Part shown: positions 50,145 to 59,460 of the stretch, in pieces | Numbering within the stretch: position 1 is the first letter of the stretch | Layout: every line of letters starts with the position of its first letter | Program-made: the position numbers and the translations under genes | Notes under the pieces: generated by a model | The model's database searches: none | What the model saw: the letters and a program-made list of their open reading frames with translations, nothing else | What the model was told of the DNA's origin: nothing | DNA from: Bacteroidales bacterium | GTDB lineage: Bacteria > Bacteroidota > Bacteroidia > Bacteroidales > CAIWKO01 | Length of the DNA: 64,000 nt | Reading direction: 5' to 3' | Assembly: GCA_035353775.1 (NCBI GenBank) | Contig: DAOQAF010000008.1 | Location: 465 to 64,464, forward strand

Positions 50145-50178
50145 AAAAAAAAGCCGTCCCAAATGAGGCGGCTTTTTT
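50145..50178 (-). terminator. Rho-independent terminator after tonB
   Basis: Stem gccgtc / ggcggc (50153-50158 / 50167-50172) with T-runs on both strands. Confidence 0.65.
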
Positions 50179-50194
50179 ATAAGATTACATAGAA

Positions 50195-50977
50195 TTAATT
50201 TAATGTAAATCTGATAGGCATGTTGAACTGTACTCTCACAGGTTTACCTGATTGTTTACCGGCATTCCATGGGGGCATAAGTTTTACAACGCGGACTGCT
50301 TCTTCGTCGCAGCCGCCACCGATACCACGTAATACCCTGACATCGGCAACCTTTCCTTTTTCGTCAACCACGAAAGTTACATAAACAGTTCCCTGAATCC
50401 CGCTTTCCTTTGCCATTTGCGGATATTTGATGTTTTCGGTAAGGAATTTGATACGCGATTCATCACCGCCGGGAAATGAAGGCATTTCTTCTACAACGGT
50501 AAAAATCGGTGTTTCAACAACTTCTTCAATAACTTTTTCCGAGTTATCTTCTTCCACCACGACTTCTTCTTCAACTACTACTACGTTTGAAGTTGTTTTG
50601 TTCAGGTCGTCCTGGTTGATTTCTGTGGTTTCTGTAGTATCGGTAACAACGATAGGCGCTGTAAATTTTGCTTTCTGTTCAACGGTAGCTTCAGGGGGAG
50701 GTGGCGGTGGAGGCGGTGCATTTTCATCTTTAGGTGCATTCATATTCATCATATCAACAGCAACTTCCTGCTCCTGATTGGCTGAATATGTCTGCTTAAA
50801 AATAAAGAATGGGATACCAACAGCCAACAATAAAACCGCTACTGAAATAATCACCGAACGGGTCATAAATTTCTTGTACGCTTTCCGCAGATAATAAGCG
50901 CCATACTCTTTATTCCTTTTCTGGAAAACTATCTCATCGAGGTTTTTAGCAGTATTAATATCAAAATTTTCTGCCAT
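50195..50977 (-). CDS. tonB: Energy transducer TonB
   Basis: 260 aa with an N-terminal TM anchor, proline tract APPPPPPPPE, an acidic V/E linker, and a C-terminal TonB domain (YPQMAKESGIQGTVYVTFVVDEKGKV). Confidence 0.85.
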   Translation of the reverse strand: MAENFDINTAKNLDEIVFQKRNKEYGAYYLRKAYKKFMTRSVIISVAVLLLAVGIPFFIFKQTYSANQEQEVAVDMMNMNAPKDENAPPPPPPPPEATVEQKAKFTAPIVVTDTTETTEINQDDLNKTTSNVVVVEEEVVVEEDNSEKVIEEVVETPIFTVVEEMPSFPGGDESRIKFLTENIKYPQMAKESGIQGTVYVTFVVDEKGKVADVRVLRGIGGGCDEEAVRVVKLMPPWNAGKQSGKPVRVQFNMPIRFTLN

Positions 50978-50997
50978 AATATTAATTTTTAGTTTTA

Positions 50998-51645
50998 TTA
51001 TTTAGGTGCTTTTTCAATCAATGCCACTTCTTCAGGAGCGATATCCACGATAGCATAGTTGGCAATATTGCAGATAGCCATTTCATCAACCACATTCACT
51101 ATACTCTTATATTTGGTTTTCTCGTCGGCTTTAATCAGAATGATTGGCGCTTTTTTATCAGATTTTTTTATTCGCTTGATCTGTGAATTTAAAGAATCTT
51201 CTTCAAGCACCAGTTCTCCTTTTTTCACTTTTTCCTTCAGTTCGAAAATTTCTGTAAAGACTTTTTCGTTTTTCTTTAATAAAATCTTCCGCAATCCGTC
51301 TTTACTAAAATCTGTTTTATTAATAGTCGTCGGGAATGTTTGTCCTTCAGGAACTTCGCCATGATGATACCAAAAAACCCTGTCATCGGCAGTTAATAAA
51401 ATAGAGTATGTTCTTTGGGCATCAACCTTGGGTGCATCTTTTGGATCTTCGGTGTTATCTTTCTCAGGCATGGTGATTTCCATTACCTTAGGCTTACTGA
51501 AAGCGGTTGTCAGCATGAAGAAAGTGATCAACAAACACATCAGGTCAACCATGGGAGTCATGTCGATGTGAGCTCCCATTTTCTTTGGTACCCGTCTTCC
51601 GCCTTCTTTTTTACCGGAGCCAGTATTTTCTATTATTTCAGCCAT
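50998..51645 (-). CDS. exbD: Biopolymer transport protein ExbD/TolR
   Basis: 215 aa. IDMTPMVDLMCLLITFFM is the ExbD TM signature. Confidence 0.85.
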   Translation of the reverse strand: MAEIIENTGSGKKEGGRRVPKKMGAHIDMTPMVDLMCLLITFFMLTTAFSKPKVMEITMPEKDNTEDPKDAPKVDAQRTYSILLTADDRVFWYHHGEVPEGQTFPTTINKTDFSKDGLRKILLKKNEKVFTEIFELKEKVKKGELVLEEDSLNSQIKRIKKSDKKAPIILIKADEKTKYKSIVNVVDEMAICNIANYAIVDIAPEEVALIEKAPK

Positions 51646-51678
51646 GATATTTTATATTATAATGTTTAATATTATCAC

Positions 51679-52320
51679 TTATTTAATATCCTCAAGTTTA
51701 GCTTCTTCCTTCTGCAGGTTCGTCACAAGGTTGAATCTGTTCACTCCGGCATTCTGCATAACATCCATTACTTTTTTCACGGTTTTATAATTTGCTTCAG
51801 CATCGCCGTTGATCGCAACTTCAGCCAGTGGATTAAGTTCACGGGCATAAGCAACCCATATTGCGAGTTCGGGATACTGAGTTCCAACCGTATCCATTGG
51901 AATTCCAGTTTGCATTGCTTCTTTTCGGCCGGCATCTTCTTCACGCAGGAAGTCTTTAAGTTTATTCATTGGCATACCAAATGAAGAACCCTGGCCAAAG
52001 GTTTTGATATCTTTTTCATTAAGGGACAACTTATATATATCATTTATTTTGGTAATCAGTTGATTCCTGAAATGTGCTGATGTATCCTTTCCATTGTCCA
52101 TACTGAAAAACACCTTGTCGTCGTTGGAAACCAACACCGAGATAACATCCTTATCCGGTGTTGCTTTTTCCGAGACCGAACTAGGCGAGTCTATAACCTT
52201 GGCCTCCTGTGGCCTGAATGATGCCGTAAGCATAAAGAATGTCAAAAGCAATGAGAATAAATCAACCATCGGCGTCATATCGACGTGGGGTTGAGCTCTC
52301 TTTAATTTAATTTTTGCCAT
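51679..52320 (-). CDS. exbD: Biopolymer transport protein ExbD/TolR (second copy)
   Basis: 213 aa. VDMTPMVDLFSLLLTFFM is the ExbD TM signature. Confidence 0.85.
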   Translation of the reverse strand: MAKIKLKRAQPHVDMTPMVDLFSLLLTFFMLTASFRPQEAKVIDSPSSVSEKATPDKDVISVLVSNDDKVFFSMDNGKDTSAHFRNQLITKINDIYKLSLNEKDIKTFGQGSSFGMPMNKLKDFLREEDAGRKEAMQTGIPMDTVGTQYPELAIWVAYARELNPLAEVAINGDAEANYKTVKKVMDVMQNAGVNRFNLVTNLQKEEAKLEDIK

Positions 52321-52353
52321 ATTACAAAAAATTTGCTTTTAAATTCTTATCAA

Positions 52354-53178
52354 TTATTTTGTCGTTGATGCAAATGTCTGAACCAGGCTAAAACCGGCTT
52401 CATCAATTTTAAAAGTCAGGTTATCAATTTTACTTGAGAAAAAGTTATAAAACACGATGGCGAGGCATGAACCTGTAATACCAAATGCGGTATTGATAAG
52501 AGCTTCCGAAATACCGGTGGCCAGTGCCAAAGCATCGGGTGAACCTGCAGAAGCCAATGCTGCGAATGCACGGATCATACCAAGTACAGTACCGATAAGA
52601 CCGATAAGTACGCAAATAGAAGCAAGGGTTGATAAGATTACAAGGTTTTTGTTCAGCATGGGTAATTCCAAAGCTGTGGATTCTTCCATATCTTTCTGCA
52701 GTGCCAATACTTTCTGGTCTTTTTCAAGAACTGTATCTGATTTCAATTCTTTAAACTTACTCAGACCTGCTCTCATAACATTGGCTACTGAACCTTTTTG
52801 TTTGTTACATGCTGCAATTGCATCATCAATGTTATTGGAAGCGAGATGCGACTGAATATTTTTTACAAACTGATTGATACGGCTGGTTCCCCTGGCTTTT
52901 CTCAACATAACCCATCTTTCAATGGTAAAAATCAAAACGCACAGTACACACGTCATTAATATAGGAACAATAAATCCGCCTTTGTAAATCATAGCTAAGA
53001 AGTTGCCTGGTAAGGGAGAACCTTCAGGATTACCTCCCTGAAAATTGGCAGGATTACCCATCACAAGCTTGTAAACCAGAATAGATACAATTAACGCTAC
53101 CAGAATTGCGCCAGAGGCAAAAGCTGATTGTAAGGCCTCTTTCAGTGACTGACCACCTTGAACATTTTTCTTACTCAT
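52354..53178 (-). CDS. exbB: MotA/TolQ/ExbB proton channel protein
   Basis: 274 aa. The C-terminal channel block is LIGLIGTVLGMIRAF...ISEALINTAFGI. Confidence 0.88.
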   Translation of the reverse strand: MSKKNVQGGQSLKEALQSAFASGAILVALIVSILVYKLVMGNPANFQGGNPEGSPLPGNFLAMIYKGGFIVPILMTCVLCVLIFTIERWVMLRKARGTSRINQFVKNIQSHLASNNIDDAIAACNKQKGSVANVMRAGLSKFKELKSDTVLEKDQKVLALQKDMEESTALELPMLNKNLVILSTLASICVLIGLIGTVLGMIRAFAALASAGSPDALALATGISEALINTAFGITGSCLAIVFYNFFSSKIDNLTFKIDEAGFSLVQTFASTTK

Positions 53179-53362
53179 TTTTTTTAGATTTTTTGTTTAT
53201 AATTAAATTTTTTAAACCATTATTTTTTTTGGAGCGACAAATATACTCTCTTTTTTTAAATAAAATCAGCAAAATAATTTTTTATTTAACTGCAAAATTA
53301 TCTTTTTATTTTGGTGATTTACCCATAAAACAGTTTTCGGTTGTTGAAAAAAAGTAAACGGT

Positions 53363-53407
53363 AAAAAAAGGCCTTACGCGATTCAGCATAAGGCCTTCAG
53401 TTTTTTT
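53363..53407 (-). terminator. Rho-independent terminator between the TPR gene and exbB
   Basis: 9-bp stem aaggcctta / taaggcctt (53368-53376 / 53389-53397) with flanking A/T runs. Confidence 0.7.
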
Positions 53408-53418
53408 ATTTTTCAGCA

Positions 53419-55122
53419 TCAGAGGCATTTGGCATCCTTAGTTTCTTTGAGCAGATCAAGAGCTTTTTCATTATCGGGTTTCAGCATAATTATTTTTTCC
53501 CAGTAATATCTAGCCTTACATATCACTTTCTCGGGGCCAAGGAAATAATACGATGCTAAGTAATCATAACAGGTAATGAGGTCGTTGGTGTACTTCACCG
53601 AATCATTTTTAACTATTTCGATATAGGATTCAAAATAGGGTTTTGCCTGCCAGGTTACCCCAGTGGAATCGATATTCGCATTCACAAGTCCCCTGTAGTA
53701 ATAGGCCTTTCCGTTCATAAAATCAGCTTTTTTCTCCGTTACATATTTATAAGTCTCGTCTGCATTCACCCAGTTTTTCATATTATAATATACCAGTCCT
53801 AATTTATAATAATCAGCAAGGGATGCTGTACCACGCTCTATTTTTTTCTGATAATTTTCTGCCGCCTTGTCAAATTTTTTGAGTTTGGTATAAGAGTTAG
53901 CTATTTCAGAATAAATGTCATACTGGCTGGAGTCCATTTTTAATGCATCCTCGAATTTAACAATAGCGAGGGAATCCTGTTTATTTTTTGAAAGTATCTT
54001 ACCAAAATAAGTATAATCGCTGACCAGAACTTTTTCAGGATCAGCTTTGCTGAAAAATTTACTTATATATGCCAGGGCGTTGGGATAATCAGCAGTTTCA
54101 TAATAACAATAAGCAAAGGCGCGGTTGAGATCATTTCGCGTGGTATCACTCTTGGCAATCTCGTTAAGTTGATTTATGGCCTCCTTATATTTTTGTGATT
54201 CAATAAGCACATTGACATACTTAATTTTTGCAGAAACATTGGTTGAGATGTCCAGGTATTTTTTAAAATTCTGCATCGAAAGTTCCAATTGGTTTGCTTT
54301 GGAATACAAGACACCCAGTTCAAGGTATGCCGGGGCAAAATTAGGATCGATCTCAATAGCTTCTTTGTAATAATCAATAGCTTCTGTATAGTTTCGCGCC
54401 CGTATCCACAGGTTTCCCAGGCGTAGTTTGGCCGAAGGTGATTTCGGATTAAGTTCCTGTGCCATTTTGTACTGTGAAATAGCATTGGAGCCATCGTTAT
54501 TTTCAAGATAGGCATCACCTAACAAAAGGTACACTTCGGGGTTTTTACCGTCAAGTTCCACTGCCTTCAGGAGTAATTCGAGCGCTTTGGTTACATTTTT
54601 TTTTCGTTGAACAATAATGTATGATTCAGCTATTTTTGCCAGGGTCCGGGCTTGTTTGTCAGGCAGTATTGTTGATGTTTTATTGGTTTTACTTGGAAAT
54701 TTTGCCTGTGCATCCGCAAAGTATTTTTCGGCGCCGGCTTCATCATTTTTCATCAGACAAATCTTGCCCATGCCCACATAACCTGCTGTGTTGCCCGGAT
54801 CTACTTCAAGGGCTTTTTTAAATAATTTTTCGGCTTCATTCATCGCACCGGTCTTTGAAGTATAAACAGTATCATTATAATACTCAATCAGGTAGTTTTC
54901 ACCATAATAAAAATACACATCACCATTATTGGGCTGACTCTTCAGCAAGGCTTCGAAAGCTTCCTTAGCCGAGTCGAATTGTTCACTGTTTGTAAAAGCC
55001 CGGGCTTTTAATAAGTCAGGATGCGAGGGCTGCGCCATCACAGACGTGCAAAAAAACATTGCGATTAAAAAAACAATTGTAACTGATTTTTTTGTTCTTG
55101 TTTTCATTTGTTTTACCTCCAT
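53419..55122 (-). CDS. Secreted tetratricopeptide-repeat protein
   Basis: 567 aa with a signal peptide, followed by TPR-like A..Y..AL..DP repeats throughout. Confidence 0.75.
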   Translation of the reverse strand: MEVKQMKTRTKKSVTIVFLIAMFFCTSVMAQPSHPDLLKARAFTNSEQFDSAKEAFEALLKSQPNNGDVYFYYGENYLIEYYNDTVYTSKTGAMNEAEKLFKKALEVDPGNTAGYVGMGKICLMKNDEAGAEKYFADAQAKFPSKTNKTSTILPDKQARTLAKIAESYIIVQRKKNVTKALELLLKAVELDGKNPEVYLLLGDAYLENNDGSNAISQYKMAQELNPKSPSAKLRLGNLWIRARNYTEAIDYYKEAIEIDPNFAPAYLELGVLYSKANQLELSMQNFKKYLDISTNVSAKIKYVNVLIESQKYKEAINQLNEIAKSDTTRNDLNRAFAYCYYETADYPNALAYISKFFSKADPEKVLVSDYTYFGKILSKNKQDSLAIVKFEDALKMDSSQYDIYSEIANSYTKLKKFDKAAENYQKKIERGTASLADYYKLGLVYYNMKNWVNADETYKYVTEKKADFMNGKAYYYRGLVNANIDSTGVTWQAKPYFESYIEIVKNDSVKYTNDLITCYDYLASYYFLGPEKVICKARYYWEKIIMLKPDNEKALDLLKETKDAKCL

Positions 55123-55127
55123 TTTCT

Positions 55128-56069
55128 TTAGTCTTTCTTTATTTGTACCAATCTTATTGGCATGGTTGCCGGAACAAGTCCTGATTTTAATATTATTCGT
55201 TGTCCCTTTTCACCGGCAACAAATTGAACAAAACCTGTGCCAAGCCCGTTGAAATACTCCCTGCTGATCATATACACATCGCGGACAAACGGATAAGAAC
55301 CATCTGCAATGTAAGCCTGATAGGGTTTAAGAAACGGGCCATCGAGATTACCTTCGTCTGAAATACCTGCTACTTTTATCTTGTCCAGAAAATCAATGGA
55401 TACGGAATCCTGGGTGTCACTGATCCAGTTCACGCTGATAATGCCAATAGCGCCGGGGTTTTTCTGAACATAATTAATTACCTCTTCATTCGAATTAACC
55501 GCATAGCAATACTCCGGGAATTTACTGCTTAATTTAAATTTTTCCTTGAAATATCTGGGGTTCCCAGATTTGTTATTATCAAAAACAACAGTGATGTCGC
55601 CATTTTTCGAATCAGACTTCAGGTCACTCCATTTACCTGCTTTTCCTTTGAAAATATCTTCTATTTGTTCGTAGGTGAAGATGGTATCCGGATTCTGTTT
55701 ATTAATTATTATGGCAAGGGCGTCATAGGCAATTTTTACGGTCTTTGGGATGAGTTGCAGACTGTTCAGTTTCTGTTCTTCCGAGGCTGTGAGTTTGCGG
55801 TTAACAACAATAAGCCTGGCAGAATCATTCAGGAGATCGGCAAAACAATCCGCCTCATTTTTATAAGCCGAATTAATTACCGCATAAGCATAAATAGCTT
55901 CAAAAGTCGACACCTGTGTGTCCATGATCAGGGAATAGGACTCATCCACTGATATTTTAATATTTCCACTGGTAGGTGTTTCGTCAATTTTACCGGAAGA
56001 CCCGCAACCGGCAAACAAAACTGCAATTACTATGATAATTGCATAGCGAAAATTATTATTCTTCTTCAT
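55128..56069 (-). CDS. PstS-like periplasmic substrate-binding lipoprotein
   Basis: 313 aa with lipobox LFAGC. It resembles the PBP2 phosphate-binding family (ISVDES...VVNRKL...GAIGIISVNW). Confidence 0.7.
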   Translation of the reverse strand: MKKNNNFRYAIIIVIAVLFAGCGSSGKIDETPTSGNIKISVDESYSLIMDTQVSTFEAIYAYAVINSAYKNEADCFADLLNDSARLIVVNRKLTASEEQKLNSLQLIPKTVKIAYDALAIIINKQNPDTIFTYEQIEDIFKGKAGKWSDLKSDSKNGDITVVFDNNKSGNPRYFKEKFKLSSKFPEYCYAVNSNEEVINYVQKNPGAIGIISVNWISDTQDSVSIDFLDKIKVAGISDEGNLDGPFLKPYQAYIADGSYPFVRDVYMISREYFNGLGTGFVQFVAGEKGQRIILKSGLVPATMPIRLVQIKKD

Positions 56070-56247
56070 GTTTTTGGTGGTTTTTTAGTTTAGGTAACAG
56101 ACGCATGAAACGGATAATTCCATAGCCGATAAGAAATATGCTGAAAAATATTTTAATGCCGCTATATTCAGGAGGAATATTAAACCGTTGATTGAATTGA
56201 GGAAAAAACATCACAAAAAAACCTAACCCTATATAAACCAACACCAT
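56056..56247 (-). CDS. Possible small two-TM membrane protein
   Basis: This is the only part of the 168-aa ORF that lies downstream of the tRNA and begins with ATG (MVLVYIGLGFFVMFFP...). It overlaps the pstS-like start by 14 nt. A TTG start near 56305 is also possible. Confidence 0.3.
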   Translation of the reverse strand: MVLVYIGLGFFVMFFPQFNQRFNIPPEYSGIKIFFSIFLIGYGIIRFMRLLPKLKNHQKHEEE

Positions 56248-56351
56248 AAACAAACCAAAAATGGTCCAAACTCCGAAATGATATCTAGAACTCAAGGTGT
56301 CTTTTGTGCTTGAATATAATATGTTATTAACAGAGTACCCTAAAAAACTTG

Positions 56352-56439
56352 CGGAGAGAATGGGATTCGAACCCATGAACCGCTTTTGACGATTACACAC
56401 TTTCCAGGCGTGCGCCTTCGACCACTCGGCCATCTCTCC
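56352..56439 (-). tRNA. tRNA-Ser (anticodon GGA)
   Basis: 88 nt: GGAGAGA acceptor stem, 3-bp D stem, anticodon stem CACGC/GUGUG with loop CUGGAAA, long variable arm, and T arm AUGGG-UUCGAAU-CCCAU. CCA is not encoded. Confidence 0.95.
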
Positions 56440-56744
56440 AACGGGTGCAAATATATTCATTTTTTCTATTCCGCAACCAAAAAAAATAGTTTCTTTTTTT
56501 ATTTTACCAAACATAGATGTCGGCGTATTTTCGATTTTCACAATATTTTTATAAGCATTCATCTGATTTTTTCATAAAAATACCTATAAGTACAAGCAAC
56601 TTCTTATGACAAAAAGGTTATGGTAAAATTTTTAAAGTCATAGGCGACATTTTCTAAGTTTGCGGTAAATGTGAATAAAAAAAAACATTTAATAATTTTT
56701 GAACCACAATAATTACTATCTTTACAAAATCTAAATAAGAATTA

Positions 56745-57872
56745 ATGACAATCACTAAAGAGCAAATAATCAAAGCATTAGGCAATGTCATGGATCCTGA
56801 TCTACATAAAGACCTGGTGAGTTTGGGAATGATCGAAGACATTCAGATTGATGGAAAAGAGATAAAATTCAAGTTGATACTCACAACACCGGCCTGTCCA
56901 TTGAAAGAAAAACTCAAAAACGAATGTATTGAGTCAATAAAAAACAATGTCAGCACAGAACTAAATGTAACTGTTGAACTGGGGGCAAAAGTCAAGGCGG
57001 GGCAGCAGCAAAAACAAAAAGAAAATATCTTGCCGCAGGTAAAAAACATTGTGCTTGTTGCCTCAGGCAAGGGAGGCGTCGGAAAATCCACCGTTGCAGC
57101 CAATCTGGCTGTTTCACTGGCAAAGACGGGAGCCAGTGTCGGGTTGGTTGATGCTGATATTTACGGACCTTCGGTACCATTGATGTTTGATCTGATGGAA
57201 GAGCAGGTGCAAGCGTACGAAGAGGAAGGTAAGACAAGGATACTCCCCATGGAAAAATACGGAATAAAACTTATTTCCATCGGTTTTTTTGTCGACCCTG
57301 AAAAAGCGCTGATCTGGCGCGGGCCTATGGCATCAAATGCCCTGAAACAATTATTTACCGATGTTGAATGGGGGCCGCTCGATTACCTGATTGTTGACAC
57401 ACCTCCCGGCACAGGGGATATTCATTTGACTTTAGTTCAAACATTGAATGTTGCCGGAGTTGCCATTGTCACCACGCCACAGGAAGTAGCACTGGCAGAT
57501 GCCCGGAAAGCCATCAATATGTTCCGTCAGGAAGGGATAAAAGTGCCGGTGCTGGGACTTATAGAAAACATGTCGTACTTCACCCCTGCCGAACTGCCAG
57601 AAAATAAATATTTCCTTTTTGGCAGGGATGGCGGAAACAGACTATCTGAAGAAATGAAGACACCCTTGCTTGGCCAGATACCAATCGTTCAGGATATCTG
57701 CGATTCAGCAGACCAGGGCGAACCGGTTGCTGTAAAAGACAACACACCTGAAGCCAAGGCATTCATGCATCTTGCCGAAGAACTCAGCAGGCAACTTTCG
57801 ATCTGGAGTGAATTCAAAGAAATTGCAGATATTATGAAAAATTCAGAAGGCTGTAGTTGTAAAAAAAATTAA
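56745..57872 (+). CDS. Mrp/NBP35/ApbC-family Fe-S cluster carrier ATPase
   Basis: 375 aa with an N-terminal DUF59 (TTPACPLKE), the deviant Walker A ASGKGGVGKST, and the CxxC-region family architecture. Confidence 0.9.
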   Translation: MTITKEQIIKALGNVMDPDLHKDLVSLGMIEDIQIDGKEIKFKLILTTPACPLKEKLKNECIESIKNNVSTELNVTVELGAKVKAGQQQKQKENILPQVKNIVLVASGKGGVGKSTVAANLAVSLAKTGASVGLVDADIYGPSVPLMFDLMEEQVQAYEEEGKTRILPMEKYGIKLISIGFFVDPEKALIWRGPMASNALKQLFTDVEWGPLDYLIVDTPPGTGDIHLTLVQTLNVAGVAIVTTPQEVALADARKAINMFRQEGIKVPVLGLIENMSYFTPAELPENKYFLFGRDGGNRLSEEMKTPLLGQIPIVQDICDSADQGEPVAVKDNTPEAKAFMHLAEELSRQLSIWSEFKEIADIMKNSEGCSCKKN

Positions 57873-57906
57873 GAACAAAATCATAAACCTTAACTCAATA
57901 AATAAT

Positions 57907-58152
57907 ATGGCAACAAAAGAAGAATTAATTCAGAAAGTTCAGAATGTTATTGGCCAGATCAGGCCTTACCTGGAAGCTGACGGTGGAGATATAAGTTTTA
58001 TCGAACTTACCGACGACAACGTGGTAAATGTTGAACTACACGGTGCCTGCCGGAGCTGCCCCATGAGCCTGATGACCCTGAAAAACGGAGTGGAAGCTGC
58101 GGTAATAAAGGCGATCCCGGAAATAAAATCAGTAGAGGCAGTTAATTTGTAG
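57907..58152 (+). CDS. NifU-like (Nfu C-terminal domain) protein
   Basis: 81 aa with IRPYLEADGGDISF and the CRSCPMS CxxC motif. Confidence 0.88.
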   Translation: MATKEELIQKVQNVIGQIRPYLEADGGDISFIELTDDNVVNVELHGACRSCPMSLMTLKNGVEAAVIKAIPEIKSVEAVNL

Positions 58153-58153
58153 A

Positions 58154-58368
58154 TTAGAACTAACTGGTTTACAAAATTTATTAGAACTAACAGGGTTACA
58201 AATAATAAAAGCCTCCAAATTTATTAATTGAAACCTGTTAGTCCTCAAAACCTGTTGATTTTAAACCTGTTTTAGAGCTAACAGGTTTACAAATAAAAAA
58301 CCTACAAGCCTTATGATTTTAAACCTGTTAGTTCTAAAAACCTATTGATTTTAAACCTGTTAGTTCTC
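58154..58368. repeat. Dense array of a ~16-22-nt motif (core CTAACAGGTT / AACCTGTTAG) in both orientations, filling the entire intergenic region
   Basis: Forward copies are at 58154-58175, 58181-58202 and 58272-58293. Reverse copies are at 58231-58246, 58247-58262, 58263-58278, 58321-58336, 58337-58352 and 58353-58368. A perfect hairpin aaacctgtt / aacaggttt lies at 58263-58288. Confidence 0.85.
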
Positions 58369-58373
58369 GCAAG

Positions 58374-59453
58374 ATGATATCTGATAGTTCTACAATCGGA
58401 ATAAACAAGATAGGAATAATCGGTGCCGGTAGGATGGGTACTGATATTTTTAATTTTCTTATCGGCTACGATTATGAGATCGTATGGATATGTATTGATG
58501 AGACCGAAACAGTTGCACTTCAGCAATCTTTTGAGAAAAAAATTAAAAGGCTGCATAAGTGCGGATTGATCGATGATCAGCAAGTGATAACAAAACAAAA
58601 TTCGGTTGTCATAAACCATAAGGTGGAAAACCTGAACGGCTGTGACCTGGTCATCGAATGTATTTGGGAAGATATTGCTAAAAAGCGACAAATGTATTGG
58701 GACATAATTCCTATTTTAAAAGGCAAATGCATCCTGGCAAGCAATTCTTCATCATTCCTGCCTTCGCAACTTATCCCCGATCCCGCGTTTAATGACAGAT
58801 TTATCGGTTTACATTTTTTCTATCCGGTAAAACTGAAAAACATTGTTGAATTCATTAAAACAGGACAAACCTCAGCCGAAACCATCGAAAAAATAAAGGG
58901 ATTTTGTGAAAAGACAGATAAAAAGCAGTTACTTCAGGATGAGAAAAATGCATTTTGGCTGAACAGGCTTTTTCTTGAAGTACAGAATGAGGCTTTTCTG
59001 ATCGCTGACGAAGGGGTTATGTCTTATGAACAGATCGATGCCATGGTTGCAGAATACCTTTTTCCGGAAGGTATCTTTAAATTTTTTGATTTGGTGGGAA
59101 ATGATGTGATGCTGCAATCCATTAAAAATTATACGGCCGGAAACAGAGACGCTTATCATGCAATGCTGGATGAGCTCGAAGAACTTTGTTCGAAAAATAT
59201 GCTGGGTATAAAAACCAAAACCGGATTTTATAATTACCACGATGGAAGTGTCGGAAATGCGATGAATATTGTCCCCGAAAAAGATGAATATTATTTCAAG
59301 ATCCTGGGAAGATTAAAAAAAGCTTACGTTGAAAAAGCGCAGCAGTTAGTAAACGATGGTGCCTGCGACAGTGAAACACTTGAATACGCTGCCAAAGAAT
59401 ATATGAATACAGATAAAGGGCCATTTGCCATTGCCAAAGAAACAATAAAATAG
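58374..59453 (+). CDS. 3-hydroxyacyl-CoA dehydrogenase family protein
   Basis: 359 aa with the N-terminal NAD-binding motif KIGIIGAGRMG. The HFFYP block and the C-terminal domain are typical of the HADH/Hbd family. Confidence 0.75.
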   Translation: MISDSSTIGINKIGIIGAGRMGTDIFNFLIGYDYEIVWICIDETETVALQQSFEKKIKRLHKCGLIDDQQVITKQNSVVINHKVENLNGCDLVIECIWEDIAKKRQMYWDIIPILKGKCILASNSSSFLPSQLIPDPAFNDRFIGLHFFYPVKLKNIVEFIKTGQTSAETIEKIKGFCEKTDKKQLLQDEKNAFWLNRLFLEVQNEAFLIADEGVMSYEQIDAMVAEYLFPEGIFKFFDLVGNDVMLQSIKNYTAGNRDAYHAMLDELEELCSKNMLGIKTKTGFYNYHDGSVGNAMNIVPEKDEYYFKILGRLKKAYVEKAQQLVNDGACDSETLEYAAKEYMNTDKGPFAIAKETIK

Positions 59454-59460
59454 TTAAGAA

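Noticed and set aside
50102-50146. Upstream 15-codon extension of the cytochrome c peroxidase ORF
   Set aside because: It would reach into the tonB terminator region. The internal Met gives a typical lipoprotein signal peptide.
56056-56562. 168-aa ORF as a protein-coding gene
   Set aside because: It spans a canonical tRNA-Ser gene on the same strand. Only the portion downstream of the tRNA is kept, as a low-confidence small ORF.
58154-58368. Repeat mosaic as a CRISPR array
   Set aside because: The repeats are only about 16-22 nt and occur in both orientations, abutting or overlapping each other with no unique spacers of regular length. No cas genes are present.
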